Source: Anaeramoeba ignava BMAN
Taxonomy: Eukaryota; Protista; Anaeramoebae
Assembly (NCBI GenBank): GCA_028826165.1
Contig: JAPDFW010000071.1
Location: forward strand, 186,001-250,000
Direction: 5' to 3'
Length of the DNA stretch: 64,000 nt
In this document: piece by piece, positions 62,501-64,000 of the stretch
Numbering within the stretch: the first letter of the stretch is position 1
How the letters are laid out: each line of letters begins with the position of its first letter
Notes under the pieces: model-generated
What the model was told of the DNA's origin: nothing
Database searches by the model: none
What the model saw: only the letters and a program-made list of their open reading frames with translations
Program-made: the position numbers and the translations under genes

Positions 62501-63907
62501 CCACTGGAAGCGAAGCAAATCAATGTTTATTTGATGCAAACAAGCCTATCTTTTCGTTTTAACTTGAAAAAGAATATGAAAACAGAACCGTTCCAAATCA
62601 TGAACAGCAGCACAAAATATTACTTTGAGGTTGTGCGTTCTCATCACACCACAGAATTGAAATTGGATACGATAACAAAAGAGAATCAGGAAATGTGCAA
62701 CTTGGATGATCAAATTTTACAATCAGAACTTTGTCATTCTGCTGTTCTTGATTTTTTGCCAGGATTGGGTATTTCGATTGTTTCGAACAAGCGCGAAGAA
62801 ATACTCTTTGGATTATTTGAAGGAATCACAGGAACAATCAATGTATCTCGCTCAAAAATACTTTTCCATTGGGAAATTCATGATTTCCAGGTTGATAACC
62901 AGCTTTATTCTTCAAATTTCCCTGTTTTTATCAGTGAAGAAAAGCAAAACAATCACCATTTTTTAAGCTTTGATATTACCAAAAGTCGGCTTGAGGAAAG
63001 CATCCATTTGTTTCTTAATTTCGATTTGAAGATACAACCGATTTATATAATGGCTGATGAGGTTTTGCTTACCTCGTTGTTTTTGTTCTATAAAGAAATA
63101 GTGAGCCAATTAACTGGCTTTATGGGCTATTTTGAGCGGAAGTTTATTTCTCAGAAAAATTTCGAGTCTCATAAAGCCAAAACAAAGAAGATTATTGATG
63201 ATTTCCGATCTTATTCACGTCTCCGTTTTTGTTTCAAAAATTTCTCTATTGATCCTATTTATGCAATTATATCAACACGAATACAAGAACTTCGTTATCT
63301 TTCGATATTAACCAACGGAATTGGAAATATTGATGCAAAATGGGTTTTCGGAAGTTTTTCTTTTAGAGACCGATATTTAGATGAAGATTCCTTTTTAGAC
63401 GAAATCAAGATCCACTATTTGAATTATTTCAATGAATACTTAATATCTTTTCTGAATCGCGAACTAGTTACAAAACTGAATTTTTCAAATTATTCATTTG
63501 CTTTTTTTGGTGATGATTCTCCAATTACACAAAAAGTGAAAAAAAGATTACCAAGAAATTTTGGGCAAAATCAAGTTGTAATTCCTTATGATCCTGATTT
63601 AGCACTTGGCCAATTTCTTTTGTATTCGCAACTAAAAGGTGGTCAATTTGAGAAGGAGAATTGTATTTTGTTCATTAAAAGTGGGAAAAAAGCTTTAGTT
63701 TTTTCTGAAAACATTTTACTTTATGTTTCTGATTTTGAAGATCAGAAAAATATCAAAAGTTTTTTTATTCCTTTGAAAAAAGCAAGTTTAAATTTTGTTG
63801 AAAATGATTTGTTTGCTATTGTTTATGAAGAAAGTAAGATACAAGTTCAGATACAAGATTCTAAAACCATGGATAAAATTTTAGATCTCATTTCAAAAGT
63901 GGATTAA
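53529..63907 (+). CDS. VPS13: VPS13-family bridge-like lipid transfer protein (introns 54797-54865, 54885-54959, 55095-55166, 55534-55613, 55770-55850, 56162-56244, 59335-59406)
   Basis: Chorein_N (LNKYLKQYI...GDVSLQNIEIK...LPLEIKNGFVG...FPW), WWKY, LFRFLAE, LDMKIQ|APIIQVPE, YFNYHKVHWEPFIEKW, VAB repeats (PYWIENQTG, FTPRIIIYNHL, PYIITNNT...YTWENP), GLGISIV, QVDNQL and a C-terminal PH-like region. 1-nt shifts at ~55664 and within the NQ repeat ~59550-59760. Confidence 0.9.
57890..58590 (+). repeat. In-frame 9-bp-period coding repeat (NNE/NIK/NIE)n inserted in VPS13
   Basis: About 230 codons of AATAATGAA / AATATTAAA / AATATTGAA within ORF 56273-59338. Confidence 0.9.
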
Positions 63908-64000
63908 AAAAAATTTTTTTTTTATATAAAATTTAGAAATTTCTTTCATTTCTTTCATTTGATTTTATTTTTTAAATTTAGAACGATTTTTTTAATTTGA

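Noticed and set aside
1-64000. Inteins, transposases, tRNA/rRNA genes, telomeric repeats or a non-standard genetic code
   Set aside because: No Hint/LAGLIDADG, DDE or RT motifs and no structured RNA were recognised by eye. Genes end in ordinary TAA/TAG/TGA, and in-frame stops are explained by introns or indels. Covariance-model searches were not run.

Overview
This is a very AT-rich, gene-dense, intron-containing eukaryotic sequence. The ankyrin-BTB-BTB gene, the class II HMG-CoA reductase, the N/Q-rich low complexity and the TCATTTT motifs before start codons suggest an anaerobic protist such as an Anaeramoeba-like metamonad; this is inference only. Manual GT-AG splicing of the ORF fragments gives about 18 protein genes. 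In order: a coiled-coil/polyproline/WH2 actin regulator; two paralogous RING-pseudokinases flanking an ankyrin-BTB gene; a 26/29-kDa-type papain protease; CEP120; a giant TPR protein; an unknown 811-aa protein; an RGS protein; a BTB-like fragment; an S28 peptidase; class II HMGR; a Mn-type CDF transporter; a UBA-like protein; a Sec7-PH ArfGEF; an F-box membrane protein; a stand-alone NCoR-type SANT protein; and VPS13. Main findings: (1) a single-nucleotide exon (G36616) is needed to build the conserved Trp of the S28 DPW motif; (2) the two RING-pseudokinases have complementary tails, one with about 30-35 LPxKP motifs and the other with tandem SH3 domains; (3) three multi-kb introns are filled with related 12-bp satellites; (4) a 75-bp codon-phased array sits inside CEP120; (5) the VPS13 appears to lack the ATG2_C helical bundle. 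Several single-base frameshifts in or beside homopolymers are treated as assembly errors. No rRNA, tRNA, CRISPR, intein or transposase was recognised.
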